Shown here: piece after piece, positions 11,572 through 23,272 of the stretch
Numbering within the stretch: position 1 is the first letter of the stretch
How the letters are laid out: each line of letters starts with the position of its first letter
Origin: Paraspadella gotoi
Lineage: Eukaryota; Animalia; Chaetognatha
Reading direction: 5' to 3'
Length of the DNA: 64,000 nucleotides
Assembly (NCBI GenBank): GCA_051294375.1
Contig: JBJCIZ010000040.1
Location: 1 to 64,000, forward strand
Notes under the pieces: model-generated
What the model was told of the DNA's origin: nothing
The model's input: only the letters and a program-made list of their open reading frames with translations
Databases searched by the model: none
Position numbers and translations under genes: made by a program

Positions 11572-12300
11572 TTTACTTCTGCAAAAAGTTTTTGATAGTC
11601 TGTCAAACACTGATGAAGGCTCGAACAAGAGTCGAAACATGTCTGATTATTTTAAATAAAAATCGTTGTAATGCAAATTCTAAACTTTGTTTTCGCCAAA
11701 ATAATTAAATATCACATATTTAAAAACAATTAATTATCTGTATTTTTTATTTTTTATAATAATTTTATATCAATTTTTTTTAGAAATTTGTTTTAAGGCC
11801 TAATAAGTAGAACTGCATTTTGAGAACATATTTGTACTTTTATTTTAAAGAAATATTCTGTTTGAAAAAACTGATTGATTAATAATTTTTTTTTAAAAAT
11901 TATGATTTTTACTTATAATTCAAAAACAAAAAATCGTAGAAAAATGGGAGAGGTCTCAAATTAAAGCTTATGCTTTGTAGATAATGATAGATGTATAGAC
12001 ATTAAAATTGTAAGCATATTCACTAAACTACCCAAAAATTGTTATACAAAATTTTCAAAAACTTTAATTAGCATTTAAAAAAACCTGCCTTTATCGAATT
12101 TTTCTGACTTACCATATTAAGTGTCTCATGGGTATACTTTAAGATTTTATAGGTTTCAAAGATGGCACTTTTTTGTTTCTTTCACATCCTCTTTGCCCTA
12201 CCGTGTTTATAATTTTAAAAAATGCTTACCATTTTAAATGAGTGTGCCAGCCAACCCAAATGAGAAATTGTGAGACAAGCTTTACAACCATCTTTTGCAC
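9880..12300 (-). CDS. Multi-exon gene or pseudogene for a three-finger (Ly6/uPAR or activin-receptor ectodomain-like) membrane protein; exons 12300-12230, 12197-12113, 10372-10192, 10082-~9880
   Basis: AG/GT-bounded exons encode GCKACLTIS, QRGCE, FCSPEVPQQRC...IICYCQTHLCND and a TM-like segment VVNIVLLGFVSLVITVAIFA followed by Lys-rich sequence. About four small indels, mostly at A runs, are needed to join the frames. Confidence 0.65.
11055..11098 (-). ncRNA. Minimal type I hammerhead ribozyme
   Basis: CTGATGA-A-GGCTC gaacaa GGGTC-GAAA-CATGTC, with palindromic stem III ACATGT. Confidence 0.85.
11605..11648 (+). ncRNA. Minimal type I hammerhead ribozyme
   Basis: CTGATGA (11610), stem II GGCTC/GAGTC, GAAA (11634), ACATGT, predicted cleavage after GUC at 11643; AATAAA follows. 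Confidence 0.88.
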
Positions 12301-12559
12301 CTAAAATAAAAAAAACTATTTAACATTTATTATTTAAGATAATAAATAGTATTTAAAAATGACCTTAAGGTCATTAAGGAGTTTGAGTCTACATTTACAA
12401 ATAGGCAAACTTGTATTCAAAACCCTTAGTGCTATTATTGCTGAAAGAAATAAAAAGTACATATATTTTTTAAAGTTATTATTCTGCTTCTGGCGGAGTT
12501 TGCCCGAGTCGCTGATCCGATTTCGATTCTGGAGTCTTGATTTTTCTGCGATGAAATGA

Positions 12560-13690
12560 TACAAGTTAAAAAAATTCTGCATATTGAAAAAAATGATGCA
12601 AATTGAAAGAATGTTGCAAGCTGAAAGAATGATGCAAGTTGACAAAATGAACGCGAGTTTATTTCAGTAATAACATCAAGGGAATGCGCGCAGGAATAAA
12701 ATTACAATGACTTTTATATGAACCACTTTGTTATGAGATCAAAAAGGAATGAAATTTTAGGCCGGTAATATTATTTACATTTTTGCAATTCAAGAGAAAT
12801 TTCAGGTTCGATCTTCACTAGATAAAAAAATGATGCAATTTGAAAAAATGATGCAAGTTGAAAAAATTGATACAAGTTGAAAAAATAATGCAAGTTGAAA
12901 AAATGGTGCAAGTTGAAAAAAAGATGGGAGTTAAAAAAATTATGCGAGTTGAAAAAATGATGCAAATTTGGTAAATAATGCGAGTTAAAAAAATAATGCG
13001 AGTTTAAAAAATTATGCAAGTTGAAAAAATGATGCAAGTTGAAAAAAGTATGTGGTTAAGCTGAATATAAATTTTTGATGAAAGAGTTTAAAATAGAAAA
13101 CCAAAAGACAAATTTATTTGAAAATTTAAAAGTTTTCCTCTATCTCTCTCTGATTGATTGATTGATTTGTAGATGACGTGAAGTCTTGGGATCAAATCCA
13201 CAGATTGATTGATTGATTGACCAAATTATGCCAGTTGACCAAATTATTTAAGTGACCAAATTTGGCTGGTTGTGCAAATTATACTCATTGAGCAAATTAT
13301 GCCAGTTGACCAAATTATGCAAGTTGACCAAATTATACCAGTTGATCAAATTATGCAAGTTGACCTACATATGCCAGTTGACCAAATTATGCCAGTTGAC
13401 AAAATTATGCCAGTTGACCAAATTATGCTAATTGACCAAATTATGCAGCTTGATTAAATTATGCAAGTTGATCACATTATGCAAGTTGACCAAATTTTGC
13501 AAATTTACAAAATTATGAAAAATTACCAAATTATGCAAGTTGATTAAATTATGCAAGTCAGTATTAGCGCAGCTACTGGTAATGATTGACAGATCAATTG
13601 TAATTGAAAGTCAGAAAAAAATTATCATCAGATTAGCTCATTACCACTTAAGTATCATAGGCAGATCCAACATTGTTTGCTCAAACTTGT
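12560..13690 (+). repeat. Two related 18-bp minisatellites (AAAAAATGATGCAAGTTG and ACCAAATTATGCAAGTTG) ending in a HINE 3' terminus
   Basis: Tandem units at ~12560-13050 and ~13210-13560, then GCAGATCCAACATTGTTTGCTCAAAC. The same arrays recur near 17550, 39300, 44300, 46570, 49250, 50100 and 54300. Confidence 0.85.
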
Positions 13691-14649
13691 TTAATCTTAT
13701 TGAATTTTTGGTCATTTGATCCTTTTTCAAGTTATGGCTTATTGAATATTTTTGCTTACCTATTATTCCTAGTCGTTCTTCTTTTCTTCTTTCTGCCTCA
13801 CCGTAACCTGAAGTTTAAATTTTATTTTTAATTTTTATTAGGTAAAAGCTTTTCGTATTTTTGCCGGATTTTGACTCTAAAATTCACTTTGTCACTCTGT
13901 TGGTTCCCAAAAAAGACTTGTCAGTAAATTACTTACAGGTTTGGGACCCTATATCCGGACAAGTGATGTGGAAGTGGTTGATTTTCCACTACTGCCAATC
14001 CCTTTCTTCCAAAAACATTTTAGGCTATTGATTGCAAGTGCAATTCCTACTTTTTCTGAGATACGTCATCCCTCAGAATGTTTCCTCTGCAGGACCACAA
14101 AAAGAGCGGCCCCAGAGGGCAATCTATTCCATGGAGAGCAAGATTATAGCCTGAGAAGGGATGCTCTTTTTAAATTCCCCTAGCGGTGGCCCCCTAGGGT
14201 TTCCCCTGGGGGAACACATTTAACCTTTTCCAAGGGTACCCCTATTACTAATCTCCTAGGAGAATCAGAATTTGCTCACCTTGAGGTAAAAAAAATATAA
14301 CTTGAATATGTGTAAAGGTATTTTAAATTCAAATAAATTTTTTTATCCTTTAATAATTTATGTTTGGTCCTCATTAAAATAAAAATTTTAAAAATTAAAA
14401 AAAAATTTAAAAAAATATGAAATACACTGGGTTCGGAATCAAAACATATAAATTATAATAATAATTTAGCTCATTTTGAGCTCTTTCTTCTCTTATATAT
14501 TTCACTTAACTATTAACTTATCTATCCCTCAACCTATTCCTCCATTTCAATTTTCATCACTATTACTTATTTAACTTTTGTTAATTCAAAATCTCAGCTT
14601 ATTTCTAATTTTTCTAAATTTATCTTTGTTGTACATTGTCAAATGTAAT

Positions 14650-14925
14650 TCTTTCTCTCTCTCTCTCTCTCTCTTTCACTTTTCACCATTTCAAAATTAT
14701 CTTCTTTCTCTGTTCTTAACTTCACCTGTCTTCTCATCTGGCCACTGTCCTTTACTCAGCCCTTTGTTGGAACTCTCCCTCAATCTCTCTCACGCTCTCT
14801 CTCTCTCTCTCTCTCTCTCTAACTTAATGTGTAGAGCATTTTGATAATGTTTTTTCAAAGCTGATGAAGACTCGAATCAACAGAGTCGAAACATGTACTA
14901 TGACAATAAAATCGTTGTATTGGCA
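14650..14925 (+). mobile_element. Single arm of the same Penelope-like family, with a hammerhead at 14857-14901
   Basis: Body is homologous to 11372-11670; CTGATGA-A-GACTC gaatcaaca GAGTC-GAAA-CATGTA (GUA cleavage triplet), then AATAAA. Confidence 0.8.
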
Positions 14926-15165
14926 ACAATAAACAATTCCTAGCATATAAATCATAACATATAATTGTATTATTTTTACAAATAAATGCATATCACCTAA
15001 ACAATTTGAGGATTACCAATGAAATTTATATCAAATATAACCAAGCTTAAAAAGTCTTATGCTTGATGTACACTGCGTGAGCTTTTACAGCCTCTCCATG
15101 AGGGGGGAAAAGTGTCGACAACTTTGAAAAATGTTTTTACAAAGTTTTGTTCAAGACTTAAACTA

Positions 15166-15816
15166 CCCCGTGTCCGTTCGCGAGTGGACACCAAAAAATT
15201 GCGTACCATTTCTCATTGGATAAATTTTTTTTTTCCTCATTCTGTAGTAAAGTACTTGACATTTATCATATTTTAATTTCATAAGATTAATTTGATATTT
15301 ACTTATGTAAAACAAACTTTTCTTTAATGGTCATCCAATTTCATCTTCAGTAAAAAACTAAATATTTTTAAAAAAGAAAATCATTATAAATTAATTACTC
15401 ATTAAATACCTAAACTTATTAAAATTCATTTACACCATTAAATTAAGAATTATCTGGGAATTCATAAGATATAAAATAATTATTCAAAACGGTCAAGAAC
15501 ATGCTCAGGATAGCATTTTTTTCTAATTGGACGAATTGTATAAGGAAAACTTAAGATTTACAATTAAAAAAATAAATAAAAAATCATTACTCAAAAATTT
15601 TTCAATATTACGATAATTCAGATGCGCCATTAATTAGACCATTAATAGGGATTTCTTATGATATAAATTTTTTTAAAATTCAATCAAGAACACGCCTAAA
15701 ATGGTCTATTTTTGCCAATTTTACTGTGTTAGATGAAAAATTAAACAAAGAATAGTAAATAAATTAAAAACGAAAAAAAAAGATTTTTTTGGTGTCACTC
15801 GCGAACGGACACGGGG
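15166..15816. mobile_element. Tc1/mariner-type MITE, 651 bp, TA TSD
   Basis: TIRs of about 30 bp, CCCCGTGTCCGTTCGCGAGTG(G)ACACCAAAAAA, with TA on both sides. Confidence 0.85.
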
Positions 15817-15950
15817 TATAGTTTATTGGAAAGATTCCAAAGGTTTAGGGACATGGGGGCAATCTGCTTTAAGGCGCCCTACATTGAGCTATTAATGAGG
15901 TAGCTGTATTAAAGTATGAGGCATGGTATACTAGCATGAGGACTGTTTAC

Positions 15951-16562
15951 TAAGGTGTAGTGAAAGTTACATATGAAAATTCTAAAAGTCAATTATGAAC
16001 AACATACCATTAATGAACATTAATTTGTAAAAAAAATTAATTTTATGCTTTTTAATTTTTGCAGTAGGCTATATTTATATATAGTACTATCCTTATAAAA
16101 TCGAAAAATTTCAAAATAGGCTTTTCTTAATTTTGATTGCAAATTTGAATTCCTCGTCAAAAGTTGATAAAAGAAAATATAAATCATTTTTAAAAATTCT
16201 TTCATTAGGTGGGTTAAAAATTAAAAAAAATATATTTAATATATAAAAAATTAATTTTCAGCTTAAAATATAGCTTTTTCTAATTTTTGACCCACTTAAT
16301 GATGGAATTTTTCAAAAAGAGTTATATTTCTTTTTAGCAAATTTTTATGACGAATCCAAATCTGCAAAAAAATATTAGAAAAAACTGTTTTGAAATTTTA
16401 ACATTTATTGGTTTAGTACTAGTATAAATATGGCCTACTGCATAAATTGTAAAATTTATTAAAAATTGTTTTATTACATAAATATTCAATAATATAATGT
16501 TGTTCGTTCCTCACTTTTAGAATTTTAATTAAAGTTAAATTTAGAAATTTTACTACGCCTTA
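15951..16562. mobile_element. Near-fully palindromic foldback MITE, 612 bp, 8-bp TSD (hAT/P/Merlin-type)
   Basis: Termini TAAGGTGTAGT / ACTACGCCTTA; CTGTTTAC duplicated at 15943-15950 and 16563-16570; internal halves are inverted. Confidence 0.85.
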
Positions 16563-16589
16563 CTGTTTACCTTCACCCAAGACATTATG

Positions 16590-17150
16590 AAATTGGTACA
16601 ACCAATATAAAAATTATCCATTCATTTAATAAATAAGTTATCTTGCTCCAGACTTTGGACATGCTTTGGTGGATTATAATATTTATAATAATTACAATAT
16701 ATGTTAACTTCGCAGGTCCCCCTGCAAGCTTTCAATCAAGATTCTCTCACAATCTCGTTTATTCACTCCCAGAGAAACTGGCTTCCCTATCAATGAAGTG
16801 TATGAATTATATGAAAAGATTAGATCGGGTAATACTCCAATGTACTCCGCCCAGCATCAAAATACAAGGAGCTGAATTTTATTAAATTGGTACAACCAAT
16901 ATAAAAATTATCTATTCATATAATAAATAAGCTATCTTGCCTTTGACTTTGGTCAGGCTTTGGTGGTTTATGGCCTCCATCACTCTTACAAGATAATGGC
17001 ATAGCAGGTCCCTGCAAGCTTTCAATCAAGATTCTCTCACAATCTTGTTTATTGACTGCCAGAGCTTCCTTATCAATGAAGTGGTATAATGTTTCAAAGA
17101 ATGTATTAATTGTATGAAAAGACCACTCCTTTAAGTATTAGATCGGAAAA
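16590..17150 (+). repeat. Tandem pair of ~295-bp units, also present inverted at ~42230-42640
   Basis: AAATTGGTACAACCAATATAAAAATTATC...CCCTGCAAGCTTTCAATCAAGA occurs twice. Confidence 0.8.
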
Positions 17151-19648
17151 TACTATATTGTTAAATTTTAGCTTATAGAACATAAAAATAAAAACCAATA
17201 AAAATACTTTGGTAATTTTTTTAAAAATTTTATACTTAAGTAGGCACCAGTGAGCTATATTTATAAGTATATAAGTAATAAGTATATAATAGGCTAAAAT
17301 TATAAAATGAAAATTTTAAAATTTTAAGAACAGATTTGTATTCCTTGCAAAAAGTTTTTTAAAAATTATTTCATTAAGTTGGTCAAAATTGTAAAAAGTT
17401 TGAGCAAACAATGTCGGATCTGCCCAAGATAATTAAGCGGTAATCAGCTAAATAAATAAATTAATAAATAAAAAAATAAATAAATAAATATATAAACACT
17501 ACAGTAGAAATAACTACAAATAAAGTACAAATATTTTTTTAACTATTATTATTTTTTTCACTTGCATCATTTTTTTATTTGCATCATTTTTTTAACTTGC
17601 ATAATTTTTTTATCTAGCTCCATTTTTCAATCTTGCATATTTTTTTCAACTTGCACCATTCTTTAAATTTGCATCATTTTTTAAACTTGCATCATTTTTT
17701 CAACTTGCATTCTTTTTTCAACTTGCATCATTTTTTAAAATTGCATCATTTTTTAAATTTGCATTATTTTTTCAACTCGCATCTTTTTTTTAACTTGCAT
17801 CGTTTTTTCAACTTGCATCATTTTTTCCTGGGAAGATGAGTATCTATCAGGTAAAAGAGGTAAGTGGGGTAAGTGTGTAATGGTAATAGGAAAATAGGTA
17901 TAACAGAGGGAGAAATGGTAAATAAAAGGGGGAGAAGGGAGACGGAAAGTTTTTAGACCCCGAGACCGAGAGGAGAAGTTGAACTGCCGATCTCCTAGAC
18001 TCTGATCCTTGACTCGGAGGAGGGGACGACGAGAGGAGGAGGAGGAGGAGGCGTTGAGAAGGGGAAGAGGATACCCGGGGGAGAGAAAGGTTCTGGCGTT
18101 AGGGTGAGCCTCATTCTTTCCAATGTCGTCGCCATCATCGTCGTCGTTGTTTTTGTCGTGGTTAAGTGACAAAAATACAAACATTTTAGATCAAATTAAT
18201 TAATTTATTAATTAAATTATTATTTTAGTTTAGTATAGTTTATTAATTAATTAATTATCGCTAATGATCGTGGGCAGATCCGACATTGTTTGCTCAAACT
18301 CCTTTTTAGAGGCGAAAATCAAAAGGTTTTTGCCAAATTATTACTTTTCTATCGTTCCAAAAATTGCTCTATTTTCAAATTTAGATATTTATAAATTCTT
18401 ACATGTTCATATCTTATTTGCTTGTATTTTTGTCTTACATATGTATTCGGCCGTTGTATAAATTCAACCCGCCCATAAGCATAATTCTTTCATTTTTTTT
18501 TTAATTTTTAATTTACATTGGTTGAACCAATTTATAATAGAAATTCAATAAAAACAAAAGACATTAACGTTTAAAAGACTGGAAAACAAGTAAAAACTAA
18601 ACTACGTATTGAAATTCAATAAAAACAAAGGACACTAACATTTGAAATCATTAATAAATGTTATGAACTAATTCATAAGAAACTATAAAAAACATTCAAA
18701 AACGGTCAAGGATCAAATGTAAAAATCATAAAACCGGAAAAAGTAAAAAACGAAAAATGTCAAATATCAAGAGAAGCAATAGTTTTTATTTTAAATTTAT
18801 AATTATAATGTGTTAAAGTAATTTTTTTTTCAAAAGAAACGTTTAAAAACGTTAACGATTAAAGTGTTGTTGTATGTTGGTGGAAAGTGCNNNNNNNNNN
18901 ACTTTAAATAAAAATTAAACCAAAATGGACTAATTCACTTTAACATGATCGTATCATATTAAAATAACCAAATGAAAAGTAAAGAAAAATTTTGAGAGCC
19001 CTTCATAAAACAACATACCTTAAATGCGTTGACATTGTATTGAAGTTGAGAAATCCCTTTATTTTATATATAAAAATTGCGTCAAAAATATTTTCCCGAG
19101 CGGACCAGTCCATTTGAATCAAATGGTTCGATGTCAAAATGATGGTTATTTGTCAAGAGAAAAAAAAATGCGAGCCCTTCAGATGTAACAGGATCGGAAT
19201 CAAGTGTTTTTACATCTATTTTTTACCTGAATTTTTCCCAGGGGCGTTGACATTATTTGGTAGTCAGATTTTAACGAAAATCTCCATTGAAAAAGTCTTC
19301 CTCGATTTCTAAGAACAACGTAGACTCCTAGATATTGTCTAATGTTTGTCTAATTGAAAAGTAATGAAAATTATATTTTCACACTTCAAGCATTAGCTTT
19401 TTTCCATTTTTTTTTAAACATGAGTAAGCTATTTTTTTTTAAATGCTAGTTCCTAAATTACTAAAATTGCGAGATAAAGACGGCTAGCTAGACTTTAAAA
19501 ATAATTCCACATTTTTCTAATAGAGAATTCCATTCGAATTTGACTACCCACATTGTGAAAAATTCTGGTAGAAAACAGTTTTAAAAACGTGTGATTCCAA
19601 TAGCTTTGTGTCTAAGGAGCTTGTCCATTTTATTTTCTTTATAAGGTT

Positions 19649-20190
19649 TTTAGTCGGATCTGCTGATATGCAGATCCCGACTCTATAATTCACTTTGTCA
19701 GTCCGTCGGTCCGCTCCCTCAATCGTGTCGGGCATTCACATATATCATGTCAGAACATCAAACCATCGCAGATGGAATTGGAACCAAAAATGGAATCGGA
19801 TCTGCGACTCGTGTAAAATCTACCGAGGACTCTCTGATTGGATGAATCATTGTTGGAATCGAACCAATGAGATGCCATCGGGAAAACGAGCCCACGTCGC
19901 TGATCCGATTGTAGAGTATAAATACCTGACCATTTTGTATTGAATCAATTTGTTTCAAATTCTTGACACCGTCTTTGCTTGTGACTTTTCAAGAATAAAA
20001 TCCACTTTGGTTTCATGTTGAAATCTCTGTCTACTTACTTAAATGGAACTATGATAAATTGTGCAAAAAAACTATGTCTGTCCATCCATCTGTCTGTCCA
20101 TCCGTCCATCTCTCCGTCCGTCCCTCCGTAGCAAGAAACTCCAATTACTCGTGATTGGATGGATGGATTGGAATGAAATTTTGTGTGGGT
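19649..20190 (+). mobile_element. HINE-like element, 5' part, with an internal insertion
   Basis: TTTTAGTCGGATCTGC tgatat GCAGATCCCGACT hairpin and (GTCC)n microsatellite at ~20076-20128. Confidence 0.7.
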
Positions 20191-20614
20191 AGTACGGCGG
20201 GCCAAAATTTAACATTTTTTACAATATGAAAAAGTCTGCAATAGAAGTCTTTTGTCCTTTAACAACCAAATTGACTTATGATGTTAGATTTTGATTAAAT
20301 TAATTGTCCTCATGCATGGAAGCATTTTATTATTTAACAATATATAAGAAATGCTTAAAAAAAATTTTGAGAAATTTAAATTTTAAAAATAGATTCTGAT
20401 AAAGATTAAAAAGTTAAATAAAGGTTAGTACTACAAATTTCAAAAATTTTAATGATAAATGGGCTAAAATTTTTAAAAAATTAAAAAATAATCATCATCA
20501 TCATCATTCATTTAATTTCATAGTTTTTGTTAATATTCATAGATAAATCATTACAATTTCAAAAATTGTATTAATAACCTTCATCTAACNNNNNNNNNNN
20601 NNNNNNNNNNNNNN

Positions 20615-22701
20615 GACTTTCCAACTGGTTTTGAGACGATCTGAAGATCGCCTTGTGGCGGAATAAAATGCATCGGCTTGTTGGTCGATCACCTCCGGCG
20701 TCCTCGTCCCCGTCACTAAGCTACCCTTCCAGTCCACATGGGCCGGGGAGGACCTCGGCAAGGATCGGGTTGAGGATGTGGTCGATCTTGAGGGATTCGA
20801 CCTCTTGCACGCGTGCGGCCACAAAACTGCAAGGGAGTGCGTCCTTGGAGGAGAGTGATTGTCCTAGGAAGCCTTTGCGCCTTTTGCCGGGGCTTTTCGG
20901 CAAACACTCGTTAAGCGTTTTTTCAGAGTTTGTACAGCGCGGAACAGGGTGATCATCCGGTATAAAAACCTCTGATCAGTACCTGATGCTCCTGCGGAAT
21001 CGCACTGAGAAGGTACAGCTTTTTGAGTTGTTCGTCATGAACTGAAGCGAGGCGGAAACTCCCCTCGACTGCAGCAAGCCAGGCTTTTGGATTGTTGCTG
21101 ACATCGAAAGGCGGCAACTTTGGCGTCTTCGAACGGGTGGTGGCTTGCCGTCTCCAGATCATCGGGGTTTGCGTGAGGGAGGAGGCTCCCATCGCGCTGA
21201 GTCTCCTGGATGAGCTTGACCTGCATAATGACACAATACGTTGGCCAATGGTACCCTGTCGGCCTTGCTGTGCTTCCTGTAGTGACCGCTGAGCTCCCAC
21301 TAGCTTTGGATCTCTCTCTCGTGAGGTGTTGGATAGAGCTTATGATGTTTTCGTTTACTCTGCCTTGTTTTGCTTCCACATCCCTTGATCCAGTTGAGTG
21401 AACGACATCAATAACCCCTTGATGACCTTGTGCGGTCGCACTTGACCGACATACTAGGGTGGCCAGGGCTTTTGGGCGCTGGTTCTGTGCCGGTCGCCGG
21501 CGCGGTGTCTGAAAAGGCGGCGTTGTCGAACTGCTCTGGTGATGGTGGCGCTGATTGAAACCGGGGGTGGCGGTGGAGATGGTGATAGCGGTGGTGCGGG
21601 TGGCGTCCTCCATACGGCGGTCGCTTGAGGTTCCTGCAGAAGGGTGAGGTCGAGGCGCGGCGTCCTCCACGTCCGGCAGGGGCTTCCATGTCCAACAGGT
21701 GTTCCATGACGGTTGTGGAGAATGTTGGCTAAAAAATTTGGCTGTAAAAAAAATACTAATTCTGCGGCGCAACAGAAAAGTCAAAATTTTTCAATCTTTT
21801 TAATCAAGGGAAAAAATCCGAAAGAAAAATTTTCGCGGTAATCGTTTATAGAATTAGAGCTAGCAAAATTCTCTGATGAAAATTGTTTAAATACGGCGCG
21901 GTAAAATGAAAAACGCGTTGGCGAGACGGTTTTTTACATTACGCCTAAGTTAAGTTAATGAAAAGTTTATTTAAACTTAGAGCTAATTTTAAAATTTCCC
22001 GGAATAAAAAAGGAATAAAAGTCGATTAGGGTTAGTATCGGAGCAAAAACAAATACAAAATCGTTTGAAACGCCTAATAAAAAAGAATTAATCTGAGCTT
22101 GATGCAGTAATCCGGGTAAGTGATGCAAAATGTTGGACGTGGAAAAAACGAAACGCAGGACGACGCGACTGAGAACAAATAGAATTTGCGAAAATCGTTC
22201 AATTTTTAAGTTTTAAAAATTTTGAAGAAAAATGCGTTGATCGCGGAATAGGCGCGTGAAACTGAGTGAATCTTTTTCACTAATTAAATCCGCCTATTTA
22301 ATGACTGATGAATAAAATAATCGATCAATCACTTGATCAATCAAATCATAAATCAATTTAAAAAAAAATGATTCAGAAGGTTACTTATCTTTAGTCGGGA
22401 TCACCAATGTAGAAGACGAAAAATGTATAACTAAATATGAAGAGAGAGTGAAGAATTGGTGACGTCTGTAAGAGAAGTAGAAAAAGAAGTGAGTCTAGCT
22501 CTCGTCCTGATCCACTTTTATCCAATCGCCCCGGCACCAACTTGACCTTACGTGTCGCCTCGGCCCTATTACTGTGTCCGGTCAATCTAAGGTCATTGCC
22601 AAGCTAGGGCAAAGTGACTCGTGTGGAATAGACCGGCTCGAAGAAAGAGGAGAGAGGAAGGGTTTAGAGAGAGAGAACTGTGGTAAGTCGCCTCACTATC
22701 A
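20615..22701 (-). mobile_element. Second CsRn1-like Gypsy element: 5' LTR (22408-~22701), PBS (22394-22406) and frameshifted gag; truncated by an N gap
   Basis: ...TTCTACA-T-TGGTGATCCCGAC; the gag motif KLPPFDVSNNPKAWLAAVEGSF is homologous to the Gag of element 1. Confidence 0.85.
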
Positions 22702-23272
22702 TCGTATCAATGAATGATTATCATCACATCAATCAATGACTATCATCGCATGCAAATCATTTGGTTATCATGACATCAATCATTTGGTTATCGTCAACAT
22801 CAATCATTTCATTATCATTGCATCAATTATTGGTTATCATCGCATCAATAATCAATTACTTGCAGGCTCGATCCTTATACTTTTAAGATTTTTTTTGGTT
22901 TGAATTTCCACTTCCAATTTGATTTTCCACTTCAATATGCAAATTAGATTATAGTACTTTTTCATTAATTTTCTTTGTACTAACCTTGGTGAGATCCTTA
23001 TACTTTAAGATTTTTTTAACGGATTCTAATAGAGCTTAAAAAAAAAAAGTACTATAATCTAATTTGCATATTGGAAGTGGAAATTCAAATTGGAAGTGGA
23101 AATTCAAACCCAAAAAAATCTTAAAAGTATAAGGATCGAGCCTGCAAGTAATTGATTATTGATGCGATGATAACCAATAATTGATGCAATGATAATGAAA
23201 TGATTGATGTGATGATAACCAAATGATTGATGTCATGATAACCAAATGATTGATGCGATGATAGTCATTCGT
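22697..23272. repeat. ~23-bp minisatellite (ATCATCGCATCAATCATTTGGTT) in an inverted arrangement next to a gap
   Basis: 22720-22975 mirrors 23045-23272. Confidence 0.75.

Larger units (their letters stand above)
10972..11701. mobile_element. Non-autonomous Penelope-like inverted doublet with a hammerhead ribozyme in each arm and a 19-bp TSD
   Basis: Arms ~10990-11310 and ~11372-11701 are inverted. TAATTAAATATCACATATT is directly repeated at 10953-10971 and 11702-11720. Confidence 0.8.
10465..12010. mobile_element. Foldback/MITE-like element with arms of about 230 bp, lying in the large intron
   Basis: 10465-10690 is the reverse complement of about 11800-12010 (e.g. CTACAAAGCATAAGCTTTAATTTGAGACCTCTCCCA). 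Exact termini and TSD are unresolved. Confidence 0.75.

Noticed and set aside
12771-13457. Repetitive ORFs such as FNLHHF and VDQIMP
   Set aside because: They are translations of 18-bp minisatellites dispersed through the window.
17829-18171. Solo LTR
   Set aside because: It is a GC-rich insert with possible TG..CA ends but no TSD, PBS or clear partner.
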